Origin: Candidatus Aminicenantes bacterium
GTDB lineage: Bacteria > Acidobacteriota > Aminicenantia > UBA2199
Direction of reading: 5' to 3'
Assembly: GCA_016934745.1 (NCBI GenBank)
Contig: JAFGSF010000005.1
Coordinates: forward strand, 39,829-103,828
DNA: 64,000 nucleotides
A program made the position numbers and the translations under genes. Shown here one piece after another: positions 1 through 8,751 of this stretch. The stretch's first letter is position 1, and every line of letters begins with the position of its first letter. The notes under the pieces were generated by a model, which made no database searches, had not been told where the DNA came from, and worked only from the letters and a program-made list of their open reading frames with translations.

Positions 1-59
1 GGGTTCATGGAGTATGATACGGATTGTCGACAATTGGGAAAAAGAGCTTTTTTTTATTT

Positions 60-1085
60 TTACTCGAAAAGGGGTGTAATGAAATCGGCAAGTTCCCTGG
101 CGGCAATGGCCATGCCGTCCCGGTTGGGATGGAGACCGTCCACCCAAATGTTAGCGGTCTTACTCGAAATAAAGGGCTGGTTGAGATCGAGAAAGGGAAT
201 TTCCCTTCGCCGCAACCAGCGGTTGATTTTATCATGTAATGCGGCATAGATATAATGATCGCCGTTATTTCGAAACGGAAAGAAGACCACCGCCAACGGA
301 ATTTTCAAATTTCTCGAAAAATCAATGATTCGGTCCAGGTAGCGAAAAGCCTTATCCTCCCCCAACTGAAAAATATCCTTCGCTACGAAATTTTTCTCCC
401 GTTTTTTCTTGAGCAAATAGAGTTTCAAATTGATGAATTTGAAGAGATGGGAATGGCTCATCAGAAACCCGGTAAAACCGTTTTTGGAGAACATATAGGG
501 GATCTGGAAATCATAATAAGGGGTGAGCAGCAGTTTGCCCTGATTCGCGGTTTTTACGGTCAAGGTTCTCTCAAAATCATTTGGCCCAATCTGCATTACC
601 ATAATATCGGGATTGAATTTCGCCACCGTCTCCTTGACCATAAAATATTCCTGCACGAGATTGTACCCGACCACTCCCATGCCCATTGTTTCGACTTTAT
701 ATCCCCTGCTGCGTAAAATTCTTTCCAGTTGTTTGTGATAGGTGTCCTCCAATGGAATCAGCCAGCCGTATGTCAGGGAGTCGCCGACAAATATGATTCT
801 TTTTTTGTCTCCCTTGCGGATCCGATAGGGTTTGTCTCGGAAACCGGCGGAATTGATCTGGAACTCGATTCCATCATACACCGCCCGGGAATCGGGTAGC
901 AATTCATATAAAATATTCTTGTTCCTGGACAGCCGGTAGGTTTGCGAAGCAAAAATATCAGCATCCCGTTTCGGGCGGAATTGGAAGGGATCAATGATCC
1001 TTAAGAAAATTTCCAGGAAGACTAATGTGAAGACTGTGGAAAAGAGAACAATCAAAATTCCGATCCATCTCCTTTTCACGGCCAA
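60..1085 (-). CDS. Membrane-anchored SGNH/GDSL-family hydrolase
   Basis: N-terminal TM segment; GDSL block 'IIFVGDSLTYGW' and C-terminal 'DGLHPN' (DxxH) typical of SGNH hydrolases; in-frame start is TTG/GTG. Confidence 0.7.
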   Translation of the reverse strand: MAVKRRWIGILIVLFSTVFTLVFLEIFLRIIDPFQFRPKRDADIFASQTYRLSRNKNILYELLPDSRAVYDGIEFQINSAGFRDKPYRIRKGDKKRIIFVGDSLTYGWLIPLEDTYHKQLERILRSRGYKVETMGMGVVGYNLVQEYFMVKETVAKFNPDIMVMQIGPNDFERTLTVKTANQGKLLLTPYYDFQIPYMFSKNGFTGFLMSHSHLFKFINLKLYLLKKKREKNFVAKDIFQLGEDKAFRYLDRIIDFSRNLKIPLAVVFFPFRNNGDHYIYAALHDKINRWLRRREIPFLDLNQPFISSKTANIWVDGLHPNRDGMAIAARELADFITPLFE

Positions 1086-1213
1086 AGCTCAGGAAATAAA
1101 TAATGAATCGCCAAATTGTTTTTCGGCATGGGCAGATTATATTTCAACTTTTTCTGAATTGCAATCGCCTGGCAAACCATGCCCTCGCTGCTTTACTTCT
1201 TTATTCCTCCATA

Positions 1214-1231
1214 TGATATAATCGCATTATG
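1214..1231 (+). promoter_or_regulatory. Extended -10 promoter (TGaTATAAT, 1214-1222) with predicted leaderless start at the ATG (1229)
   Basis: TGnTATAAT ends 7 nt before the A of ATG 1229; no SD between them. Confidence 0.45.
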
Positions 1232-2878
1232 AAAAGAACGCTAGCCCAATCATCATTGACCTCGAAAAAGTGGATTGGCCTGGCCTTGCTCCTGGTATTT
1301 GCCGCCGCATTCAGGTTGCAACATATCAAGGCCGACCCTCCCACCCTCTTGCCTCAGATTTCGGGGAGCGCCGGAATCTATTTTGATGAGGGGATCTACA
1401 GCCACAACGCCCGAAATAAAATCCTTTTTGGACAATGGATCACGGACGAATGGAATCCGATGGTCTACAATGCGCCCCTGACCATGATCTACTATCTGGC
1501 ATTCGGGCTGTTCGGAGTATCCATCGTCACGGTCAAAGTCGTTAACATCCTCTTTGGTCTGTTGGGTATCCTCCTCTTATATGCCGGCCTGCGGCATTAC
1601 CTGGAATCCGGCCAAGCCCTGGCCTTGACCTCCCTCTTTGCGTTTGACTTTTACGGACTGATGTACAACCGCATCGGACTGCTCGAGAATTTTTCCACGC
1701 TCTGCTTTCTGCTCAGCTTTTATCTCTTTGTCCGCTCTGAGGCGAGGCGCTGGCCAGTCTTTTTCCTGGGCTTAACCGCAGCTGTTGCCGCTCTATCCAA
1801 GTATTTGTTAATCTATTTCCTGATCTCGACCCTGTTGGCCGTCGCTTACCGGGCCTGGCAGCGTTCCGACTTCCGTTATTTCCTTGCATTCCTGGCAGGC
1901 GGGTTCGCGGCCGCTCTACCCTGGTTTTTAGGCATTTACCTGCCGTTCCAAGCAACTTTTAAAAAAATTGGCTCTGGCTGGGGCATGTTATCCCTTCCCC
2001 GCTCCATCGGCCAGGTTTTCAGCAACCTAGTGCACAATCCTTTGCCACGCTATCTCCAGCTAATGCCGGTAGCGGGCCTGCTGCTGATCCTTTTCGGGGC
2101 CTGGGCGCTTTTAAAGATCATTCGCTCCCGGACGACAGGAAGGCCGAGCGGCCTTGACGTTTTTATTGCACTCTGGATCGCCGGCGCCGTCTTTTCCATG
2201 GGCGTCCTGAGTTATCGGCCCCTGCGCTATTACCTGCCACTGCTGCCCGCCATATACCTGGCAGTTTCGCTGCTGCTCAGGGACCGCGACTGGATCCATT
2301 CCCAAAGCCGCCTGTTCTGGCCGTTGGCCGTCCTTGTGGCTTCCTTGTCACTCCCTTTCTTCCAGTTTATTACTGCCGCCCACTCCGCCTTCATGGTTTT
2401 TCCATTGTTCATGCGCGGCGCTGTTTTTCTTTCCCTGGCCGGGATCGTTATATTCTTTGCCGCTCCGAACGCAGCTTTGAAAACGGCCGGAGCAACAGCT
2501 GTCTTTGCCGTCAGCTTGAGCTGTTCGCTATTTCTTTATGCCGATCAATTTTATCACAAACCGGGTTATCGCTTGGAGGCCGCCTCGCGTTTCATGGAAA
2601 CACTTCCCGCCGGCTCAGTGGTCATGGGCCAGGAAGCGCCCCGATTAACCCTGGGCACACGCTTTCATGCCATCCTGGCTTATGAGAATTGGTTCAATGA
2701 CCACGACCCTTTTAGACGTTTCGCTCCAAACTACATTCTGGTTCTGGACAAGTTTGGAGGTGCTGAAATGGGCTGGATCCAGCGAAAATTCCCGGAAGTC
2801 GCCAACTCCCTGCGGCTCGTTCATACGTTTCCGATTTGGGATAAGACAATGTCATTGTATCGGGTGCCAAAAAAGTGA
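1229..2878 (+). CDS. GT-C glycosyltransferase, PMT/ArnT-like (GT39/GT83 family) polytopic membrane protein
   Basis: Multi-TM; N-terminal loop 'IYFDEGIYSHNARN' (DE motif of PMT/ArnT family). Confidence 0.7.
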   Translation: MKRTLAQSSLTSKKWIGLALLLVFAAAFRLQHIKADPPTLLPQISGSAGIYFDEGIYSHNARNKILFGQWITDEWNPMVYNAPLTMIYYLAFGLFGVSIVTVKVVNILFGLLGILLLYAGLRHYLESGQALALTSLFAFDFYGLMYNRIGLLENFSTLCFLLSFYLFVRSEARRWPVFFLGLTAAVAALSKYLLIYFLISTLLAVAYRAWQRSDFRYFLAFLAGGFAAALPWFLGIYLPFQATFKKIGSGWGMLSLPRSIGQVFSNLVHNPLPRYLQLMPVAGLLLILFGAWALLKIIRSRTTGRPSGLDVFIALWIAGAVFSMGVLSYRPLRYYLPLLPAIYLAVSLLLRDRDWIHSQSRLFWPLAVLVASLSLPFFQFITAAHSAFMVFPLFMRGAVFLSLAGIVIFFAAPNAALKTAGATAVFAVSLSCSLFLYADQFYHKPGYRLEAASRFMETLPAGSVVMGQEAPRLTLGTRFHAILAYENWFNDHDPFRRFAPNYILVLDKFGGAEMGWIQRKFPEVANSLRLVHTFPIWDKTMSLYRVPKK

Positions 2879-2898
2879 TTTTCGGCGAGGTGCAGTTG

Positions 2899-2920
2899 TA
2901 AACAGGATCGAACCTGTTTA
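2899..2920. terminator. Hairpin between convergent genes (8-bp stem TAAACAGG/CCTGTTTA, 6-nt loop); no U-tract
   Basis: Perfect inverted repeat seen in sequence between stop 2878(+) and stop 2937(-). Confidence 0.3.
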
Positions 2921-2936
2921 AGTCTGAAGGAGATTT

Positions 2937-5249
2937 TCAGGCTGTTTTATCTTGTCCAGTCCTTGTGCTGAAAAAGGCCGCCGATAAGTAGGACAAGGCG
3001 GCCAGCACAAGCACGATGGTGAAATTCCAGTTAATGGAGACGATAACGGTCAGGATCGAACCGACGACCGTGGCGAACGAGTTTGCCCCCCATGCCCAGC
3101 CGATCATAGCCTTGTTTTTCCTTCCCAAACGTCGAATGCCTTCGGGGAAAAAAGCTCCCATGAAGAAACCCGCCAAGGATATCAGTACAAAGGAAGACAG
3201 GACGCGCCAAGGGAAATCAAGGAACATCAGGCGGTCGATAATAGAGAACATGGCAAAGCCATAGATCGTGAGCAGCGTGGCCAAGAAAAGCGCGAAGACC
3301 GGGATCATGTGTTTTCCAAGCCGACGAAAGAGCCGTGCCGACAGCAGGCTGCCGACGCCGGAAGAGACCAGCAGGGAGAAAATGATGATTGAGATCGAAA
3401 TGGCGGGACTGCCGAGAAAGAGCTGGAAAATCTTTATGAAAATGATCTCGACCATGATGAAGGCCAGTCCAATGAAGAAGAAATAGGAGATCAGCGGATT
3501 CTGGCTAGCGTCCGATCGTCTCCGCCGGAGGGGCAGGTAGATGAACAAGAACGAAAAGAGCAGGGCCAGCGCCAGGATGGAAAGATATATGGAGTTGGAA
3601 TAAATGATCGCTGAACGGACAACGCCTTCCCCTATGCCCTGGAGAGGCATATTTTTGAAACGGAATTGACCAATACGGTTCGGCTGGTTGAAATATGGTG
3701 AGTTGTCGTAAACCGGGGCGATATTGACCGACGATTCCCGCACCGTCCCGTCCAGGTCTGCTATCATACGGTAAAAGAGATTATCCAACCGCATGTCGGG
3801 CGAATAGCTGATATCTTCGGGTGTAGCCACAGAGTTTTTGAGGATATCGTAATCATGGGCGGTGAAGGCGCCCTTTTTAAGATAAAAAAAGTTGAAGCCT
3901 CCGGGATGCTGGGCGATAAAGAACTTCTCCTCAGGATGTTCTATCCCCATCTCCTTCAAGGCCTGCAGCGCTGTCGCAAACAACCTCTCGCCGTTCCAAT
4001 GCACAATGTAGATTAAACCGTCCGCTTCGAGGTGCTCCCAGTAGTCCTTGAAACTTTCCACGGTGTAAATATATGTCTCGGATATACTGAGGGCGCCGGA
4101 AAGAAGAGAATCGGCGTTATGCGAGTTGACCATCTGGATCACATCAAACTTACGGCTTAGACGCTTGAGGACACTCCGCCCTTCATCAGCAACGAGGTTC
4201 ACTTGCGGTAGATTGAAAATCCCTCCCGTGTAGTCAGCATATTCTTTCTTAAGAAGGGCGCAGATAACCGGGTCCATCTCTATCGCCACAATATATCGAA
4301 AACCGTGAGACAGGGCGCAGAGGACCTCGTACCCCCCGGCCGAGCCGATGATAATCGCGGTACCATTCCGGGCTATCTGGAAGGGCAGGGAAGCAGGATC
4401 CCACTCGATTTTTTTCAGCGTGGCCAAGTTGCCGTCGAACGGCATGATGAACGATTGCATGGTGCCGCCGTTTATCCAGATGACTTTGCGTAACTCTAGC
4501 CACGGGGCTACATCAATCTTGTCGATTGTGCTCCACTTGCTGAATTCGATGCGCTTATTCTTTAATTGGGCATTGTACTGACGCTTATCAGACTCAAGCG
4601 TTGGGACGATAGGGAAGACTCTGGCTTCAAATAGGAAGGCCGCGGCAAAAACAGCAATGAGAACACCTGAAACCGCAAAGCGGAAGGCCTTACGGCCTGT
4701 GGTTATGAAGAACCAGGCCAGCGCCAGGAGGCAGAAGAGGAAGATAAGTACCCGGTTCGGGCCCAGCCAGGGGATGAGTGGGATGATGGCCAGGGAACCC
4801 AGGCTGGCCCCTGCCAGGTCAATGAAATAAAGACGGCCGATATTCTCGGAATAAGCGGAAAAGATCAGGGCCAGCACCACCCCCCCGAAAAAGAAAGGCA
4901 GCAGCAGGACCAGAAAATTGATGATCAGGAAGAGGAAGTTATGGAAGGGTGCGAAAAGGTGGAGGAAGTCGATCGTGAACATCAGGGTCACCTTGTAGGC
5001 CAGTGGAAACGAGATGACTAAAAGCAGGAGAAAGCGAGACAGCAGCGTCGCCTGGTCTTTACGCTCGGAGAGATTGCGAATTGCTAGGAAGACTCCACTC
5101 AGACCATATCCGAAAAGAGCCAAAGAGATGATAAGAAATGCAAATTGTCCAAAGTAGATTACAGAGAAAACTCGGGTCAAGAGCACTTCGGCCAGCATCG
5201 TGGTAAAAGTGATGACGAATATTGTGAACAGCAGCTTCCATCGTTTCAT
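2937..5249 (-). CDS. Fused polytopic membrane (MFS-like) / spermidine-synthase-like (aminopropyltransferase-fold) protein
   Basis: TM blocks flank a central 'IIGSAGGYEVLCALSHGFRYIVAIEMDPVI' spermidine-synthase-like Rossmann motif. Start moved to the internal ATG at 5249, which is preceded by GGAGGA. Confidence 0.65.
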   Translation of the reverse strand: MKRWKLLFTIFVITFTTMLAEVLLTRVFSVIYFGQFAFLIISLALFGYGLSGVFLAIRNLSERKDQATLLSRFLLLLVISFPLAYKVTLMFTIDFLHLFAPFHNFLFLIINFLVLLLPFFFGGVVLALIFSAYSENIGRLYFIDLAGASLGSLAIIPLIPWLGPNRVLIFLFCLLALAWFFITTGRKAFRFAVSGVLIAVFAAAFLFEARVFPIVPTLESDKRQYNAQLKNKRIEFSKWSTIDKIDVAPWLELRKVIWINGGTMQSFIMPFDGNLATLKKIEWDPASLPFQIARNGTAIIIGSAGGYEVLCALSHGFRYIVAIEMDPVICALLKKEYADYTGGIFNLPQVNLVADEGRSVLKRLSRKFDVIQMVNSHNADSLLSGALSISETYIYTVESFKDYWEHLEADGLIYIVHWNGERLFATALQALKEMGIEHPEEKFFIAQHPGGFNFFYLKKGAFTAHDYDILKNSVATPEDISYSPDMRLDNLFYRMIADLDGTVRESSVNIAPVYDNSPYFNQPNRIGQFRFKNMPLQGIGEGVVRSAIIYSNSIYLSILALALLFSFLFIYLPLRRRRSDASQNPLISYFFFIGLAFIMVEIIFIKIFQLFLGSPAISISIIIFSLLVSSGVGSLLSARLFRRLGKHMIPVFALFLATLLTIYGFAMFSIIDRLMFLDFPWRVLSSFVLISLAGFFMGAFFPEGIRRLGRKNKAMIGWAWGANSFATVVGSILTVIVSINWNFTIVLVLAALSYLSAAFFSTRTGQDKTA

Positions 5250-5341
5250 TAATTCCTCCAAAAGAAAAGAAAATATTATAGCATCGCCGAGGCTGACCGT
5301 CAATTTCATTGTGCGGTGAAAAAATGGCTTCTTGCAGGCTA

Positions 5342-5370
5342 TTGACATTGCAACACATAATCCTCAAAAT
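5342..5370 (+). promoter_or_regulatory. Candidate promoter TTGACA-17-CAAAAT; predicted TSS at ATG 5377 (leaderless)
   Basis: TTGACA 5342-5347, 17-nt spacer, CAAAAT 5365-5370, 6 nt before A of ATG. Confidence 0.35.
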
Positions 5371-5376
5371 GCATGC

Positions 5377-7803
5377 ATGGAGAAAATCGTTGTTCCTGTA
5401 AATTCTTGCGGACGCCAGAAAAAGCTCCGGGACATGCTCCAGCATCTCGTTTTTATGGCACTGGCAACGGGAATCGCTCTTTTTCTCCAGCTGTGCAACC
5501 AAGCCCCCGACTTCTCGATTAAAAACCATTATTTCCGTCCCGAGATCGGATCACTCCTTGTGTCAACCGTCATTATTTTTATTCTTCTGATCGGGATTTG
5601 GGTTCTCATCAGCCAAATCTGGGCGAAAAAAAGCCTGCTCAACTATAAAGAGTCTTTGGCCCTTGATTTCCCGACCTATGCGCCAATCGGTTTCCTTTTT
5701 CTTGCACCATTGGTCCTGACTCATTATTTGACCCGAGAAGATATTCTGGAACGGCTCGGCCTTTTTGCCTTCGCCGCCGCGGCGGCTGTTCTTTATCTCA
5801 AAATCGTCCGCATGGGCCAAGCCAACCAAACAGGGAAAGCGAATTGGAGCGTTTACCTTGATATTTTCCTGGCCTGGCCGCTCCGCCGGCGGATTATCAT
5901 TTTAACCTTTATCGCCCTCCTTCTGACCAACAGCGGGGTGCAGATCATGACCAGCCAGGGAAAATCCTTCGGCGGCGATGAACCGCATTATCTGCTGATA
6001 GCACACAGCTTGGTTAAGGACGGTGACCTGGATCTCGCCAATAACTATCAAAACGCGGACTTCAAGGCATATATGCCGCCCCAGGTTTCTCAGCTTCAGC
6101 CTCATACTGCACCGGCGAAAAAAAAAGGCGTCGCCTATTCCTTTCATTCTCCGGGAATAGCGATCTTGCTTCTTCCTTTCTATGCGCTCGGCCTACTGTT
6201 GGGGAAAAGCATGCTGATTTTCCTGGTTCGCTTCGGGATGAGTCTGATTGGCGCCTTTTTCGGGATTCAAATCTATCTTTTTGCACGGGAAGCTTGGAAC
6301 CGGGAAAGGCTTGCGCTCGGCTTATGGGCCGTTGTCACCCTGAGTGCACCGGTCTTTTTTTACCCTACTCACATCTATACGGAATTGGTCGTCGCCGCCT
6401 TCGGCCTATTTGTTTTTCGCCGCTTGCGTTCAGCCGGCACCCTCAATGCCAGAAACTTGACCCTGATCGGCTTTCTGCTCGCATCTTTCATTTGGTTCCA
6501 CGCCCTGAAATACGTGTTCATCCAGGCCCCCCTTTTTTTATATGCGCTATTGAATGTTTGGAAAAGCAGCGAGGCAAAAAACCGTTTCGGCCGGCTGGCC
6601 GCATTTTTTATCCCGGCAGGTTTGTGTTTTGCGGCCTATTTCTACCTTCAATATGCTATCTATGGCTCTTTCAATCCTACGGCTGTTTCCTTCCAGGGCG
6701 CTATGAACGGCCGGCAAACCATGGGTTTTCTCAAAAGCCTGTTAACCGGGATTCCATTCAGACTCCGCTGGGAAACCTTGGCCGGGTATTTCCTTGACCA
6801 ACGAGACGGCCTATTTCTTTACGCCCCGGTTTATATCTTCGCCTTTCTTGGCGTAATAGCAATGCTTCGCGCCAAGTCCAAAGATGTCGGTTGGCTATTG
6901 TTTATCGCTTCTCCCTACATCCTTATATCGGCATTTCTTACTCAACGAACAGGCTATGCCCCACAAGCCAGGCCGCTTGTTCCCGTAATATGGGTGCTGG
7001 CGATTTTCATCGGCGGTTTTATCGCTGAAAACGGGAAACGATTGTACCGAATTCTCTTTAATAGCGCCGTGGGGCTTTCGCTGCTCTTTACCTGGTTGTT
7101 ATGCCGGAATCCATTCGCACTTTATCAGGAGACAACATTCGGGATAACCGAGCGGGCCGGTGCTTTGTTCGTCATATTGAGCAACCTCCATTTCTACCTG
7201 CCGAACCGCTTGCCTTCATTTATCAAGATCGATGCAGGCCGCTGGACGCCGAACATCGTCTGGATCATGGCCCTAGTGCTGTTCATCGGCGCCTATTTTT
7301 TCGTCCGCGGCCATGAACTTAAACTGTCATTTGCCGGACATGGCGCAGTGATCTCCGTGTTGCTGGCCGGGTTTTTCGCGATGTACGTCTTTTTCCCCAG
7401 GCCCGTTCTCAAGTCGCCGCAGATAGTGGCTCTGCCCACGGGGGAGACATGGGCATTCTATCCCTTTTCACGTGTGGCCCGGATGGGAGAACCGGGGAAT
7501 TTCACCCTTTTCCAAGACGACCGGGATTATATTTTTTTCTTTGCGACGCAGAATCCCGTGGCTAAGCTTGATGTCGGTTTCGGCTCCTCCTTCGGTGTCT
7601 ATGATATTCAGTTGCTGATAGCCGATGATCCGGTCTTTGCCGCTACCACCCGCCGCGAAGTGCTGTCCCGGACGATCGAATCGCCGCCCGCTTACCGCTG
7701 GAAAGGATTGAACCTCTACCGCATCTCGATCCGGCTCGATAAAAAATCTGATGTGCGGACGGCCGTCACACCCTACACGTTCACCCTTCGGCCGGGTCGT
7801 TGA
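5377..7803 (+). CDS. Large polytopic membrane protein, probable GT-C-fold glycosyltransferase with C-terminal extracytoplasmic domain
   Basis: More than 12 predicted TM segments; 'FGGDEPHYLLIAH' DE-type loop motif; about 300-aa soluble C-terminal region. Start is uncertain: the table ORF starts at 5332 and overlaps the divergent gene; 5434 is also possible. Confidence 0.5.
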   Translation: MEKIVVPVNSCGRQKKLRDMLQHLVFMALATGIALFLQLCNQAPDFSIKNHYFRPEIGSLLVSTVIIFILLIGIWVLISQIWAKKSLLNYKESLALDFPTYAPIGFLFLAPLVLTHYLTREDILERLGLFAFAAAAAVLYLKIVRMGQANQTGKANWSVYLDIFLAWPLRRRIIILTFIALLLTNSGVQIMTSQGKSFGGDEPHYLLIAHSLVKDGDLDLANNYQNADFKAYMPPQVSQLQPHTAPAKKKGVAYSFHSPGIAILLLPFYALGLLLGKSMLIFLVRFGMSLIGAFFGIQIYLFAREAWNRERLALGLWAVVTLSAPVFFYPTHIYTELVVAAFGLFVFRRLRSAGTLNARNLTLIGFLLASFIWFHALKYVFIQAPLFLYALLNVWKSSEAKNRFGRLAAFFIPAGLCFAAYFYLQYAIYGSFNPTAVSFQGAMNGRQTMGFLKSLLTGIPFRLRWETLAGYFLDQRDGLFLYAPVYIFAFLGVIAMLRAKSKDVGWLLFIASPYILISAFLTQRTGYAPQARPLVPVIWVLAIFIGGFIAENGKRLYRILFNSAVGLSLLFTWLLCRNPFALYQETTFGITERAGALFVILSNLHFYLPNRLPSFIKIDAGRWTPNIVWIMALVLFIGAYFFVRGHELKLSFAGHGAVISVLLAGFFAMYVFFPRPVLKSPQIVALPTGETWAFYPFSRVARMGEPGNFTLFQDDRDYIFFFATQNPVAKLDVGFGSSFGVYDIQLLIADDPVFAATTRREVLSRTIESPPAYRWKGLNLYRISIRLDKKSDVRTAVTPYTFTLRPGR

Positions 7804-8581
7804 ACATCGCGAACCGCTTCAAGCCCTTTTTATGCATCTTGAATTTAACGAGTGTTTTTAAAATGGAAAAACCATAAATGATGCTCCGCCGCAGCCCGAT
7901 TTGGGAAGCCTCGGAGAAATAGCGCGTTTCGATCGGGATCTCGCGTATGCTCATTCCGTGAAGGACTCCTTGGGCAATGATTTCCGTATCGAAAACGAAA
8001 TCGTTGGAATTGGCCATGAAATTCACTGTTTCGAGATAACGCCGGGAATAGGCCCGCAAGCCGGAATGATATTCTGTGAGATACATATAAAACGTGGCAT
8101 TCTCGATGGCCGTCAGGAAGATATTGGCCAGATATTTCCACTTGGGCATTCCGCCTTCGAGGGGACGTCCGCCTAGCATGCGCGAGCCGAAGACCGCGTC
8201 GCAGGAACCGTCGAGAAGCGGTTGGACGAGATGGGGAACAACGCGGGGATCATACTGATGGTCGGGATGGACCATGATCATGATCTCCGCCCCGATTTTC
8301 AGTGCCTGTGTGTAGCAGGTTTTCTGGTTTCCGCCGTAGCCCAAATTCTTCTTGTGGACGAACACACGCAAGCCCAAGCGTCTGGCCAATTCGACCGTTC
8401 CATCACGGCTGCCGTCATCGACCAGGATGATCTCGTCCACCCAGGACCGGTCAATATCAGCCAGGGTTCGCTCGAGCGTCTTTTCAGCGTTGTAGGCCGG
8501 CATGACGACAACGATTTTTTTTCCGTGTTTCGGTGCATCCATATCGATACGTTTCTCCGTAAGAAGGACTTTATATAACAT
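7781..8581 (-). CDS. GT2 glycosyltransferase, polyprenol-phosphate sugar synthase-like (DPM1/ArnC/GtrB family)
   Basis: 'VVVMPAYNAEKTLERT...EIILVDDGSRDGT' and 'NLGYGGNQK' blocks. Confidence 0.8.
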   Translation of the reverse strand: MLYKVLLTEKRIDMDAPKHGKKIVVVMPAYNAEKTLERTLADIDRSWVDEIILVDDGSRDGTVELARRLGLRVFVHKKNLGYGGNQKTCYTQALKIGAEIMIMVHPDHQYDPRVVPHLVQPLLDGSCDAVFGSRMLGGRPLEGGMPKWKYLANIFLTAIENATFYMYLTEYHSGLRAYSRRYLETVNFMANSNDFVFDTEIIAQGVLHGMSIREIPIETRYFSEASQIGLRRSIIYGFSILKTLVKFKMHKKGLKRFAMFNDPAEG

Positions 8582-8641
8582 TTTTCCCAGGGTTTGTCGA
8601 CCCCCTTAAGCGCAATTAAATATTGATTAAATCATTAAAGT

Positions 8642-8687
8642 ATTATATTCTTCAAATATTGACAACTTTGATGATGCAAAATATTGT
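8642..8687. promoter_or_regulatory. AT-rich divergent promoter region. A TATAAT box on the minus strand (8642-8647) serves the GT2 gene. TTGACA-17-TATTGT (8659-8687) on the plus strand serves the GT2-MTase gene.
   Basis: Hexamers read directly from sequence in the 170-bp divergent intergenic region. Confidence 0.35.
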
Positions 8688-8751
8688 TTCAATTATTTGC
8701 CAGAATGACTAGTGAAAAAAGGAAAATTTGTAACACTGGAACAGAAATCCC

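Noticed and set aside
5059-5529. 156-aa minus-strand ORF spanning the divergent start region
   Set aside because: Overlaps both flanking genes' 5' ends; Cys/His-rich nonsense translation; no SD
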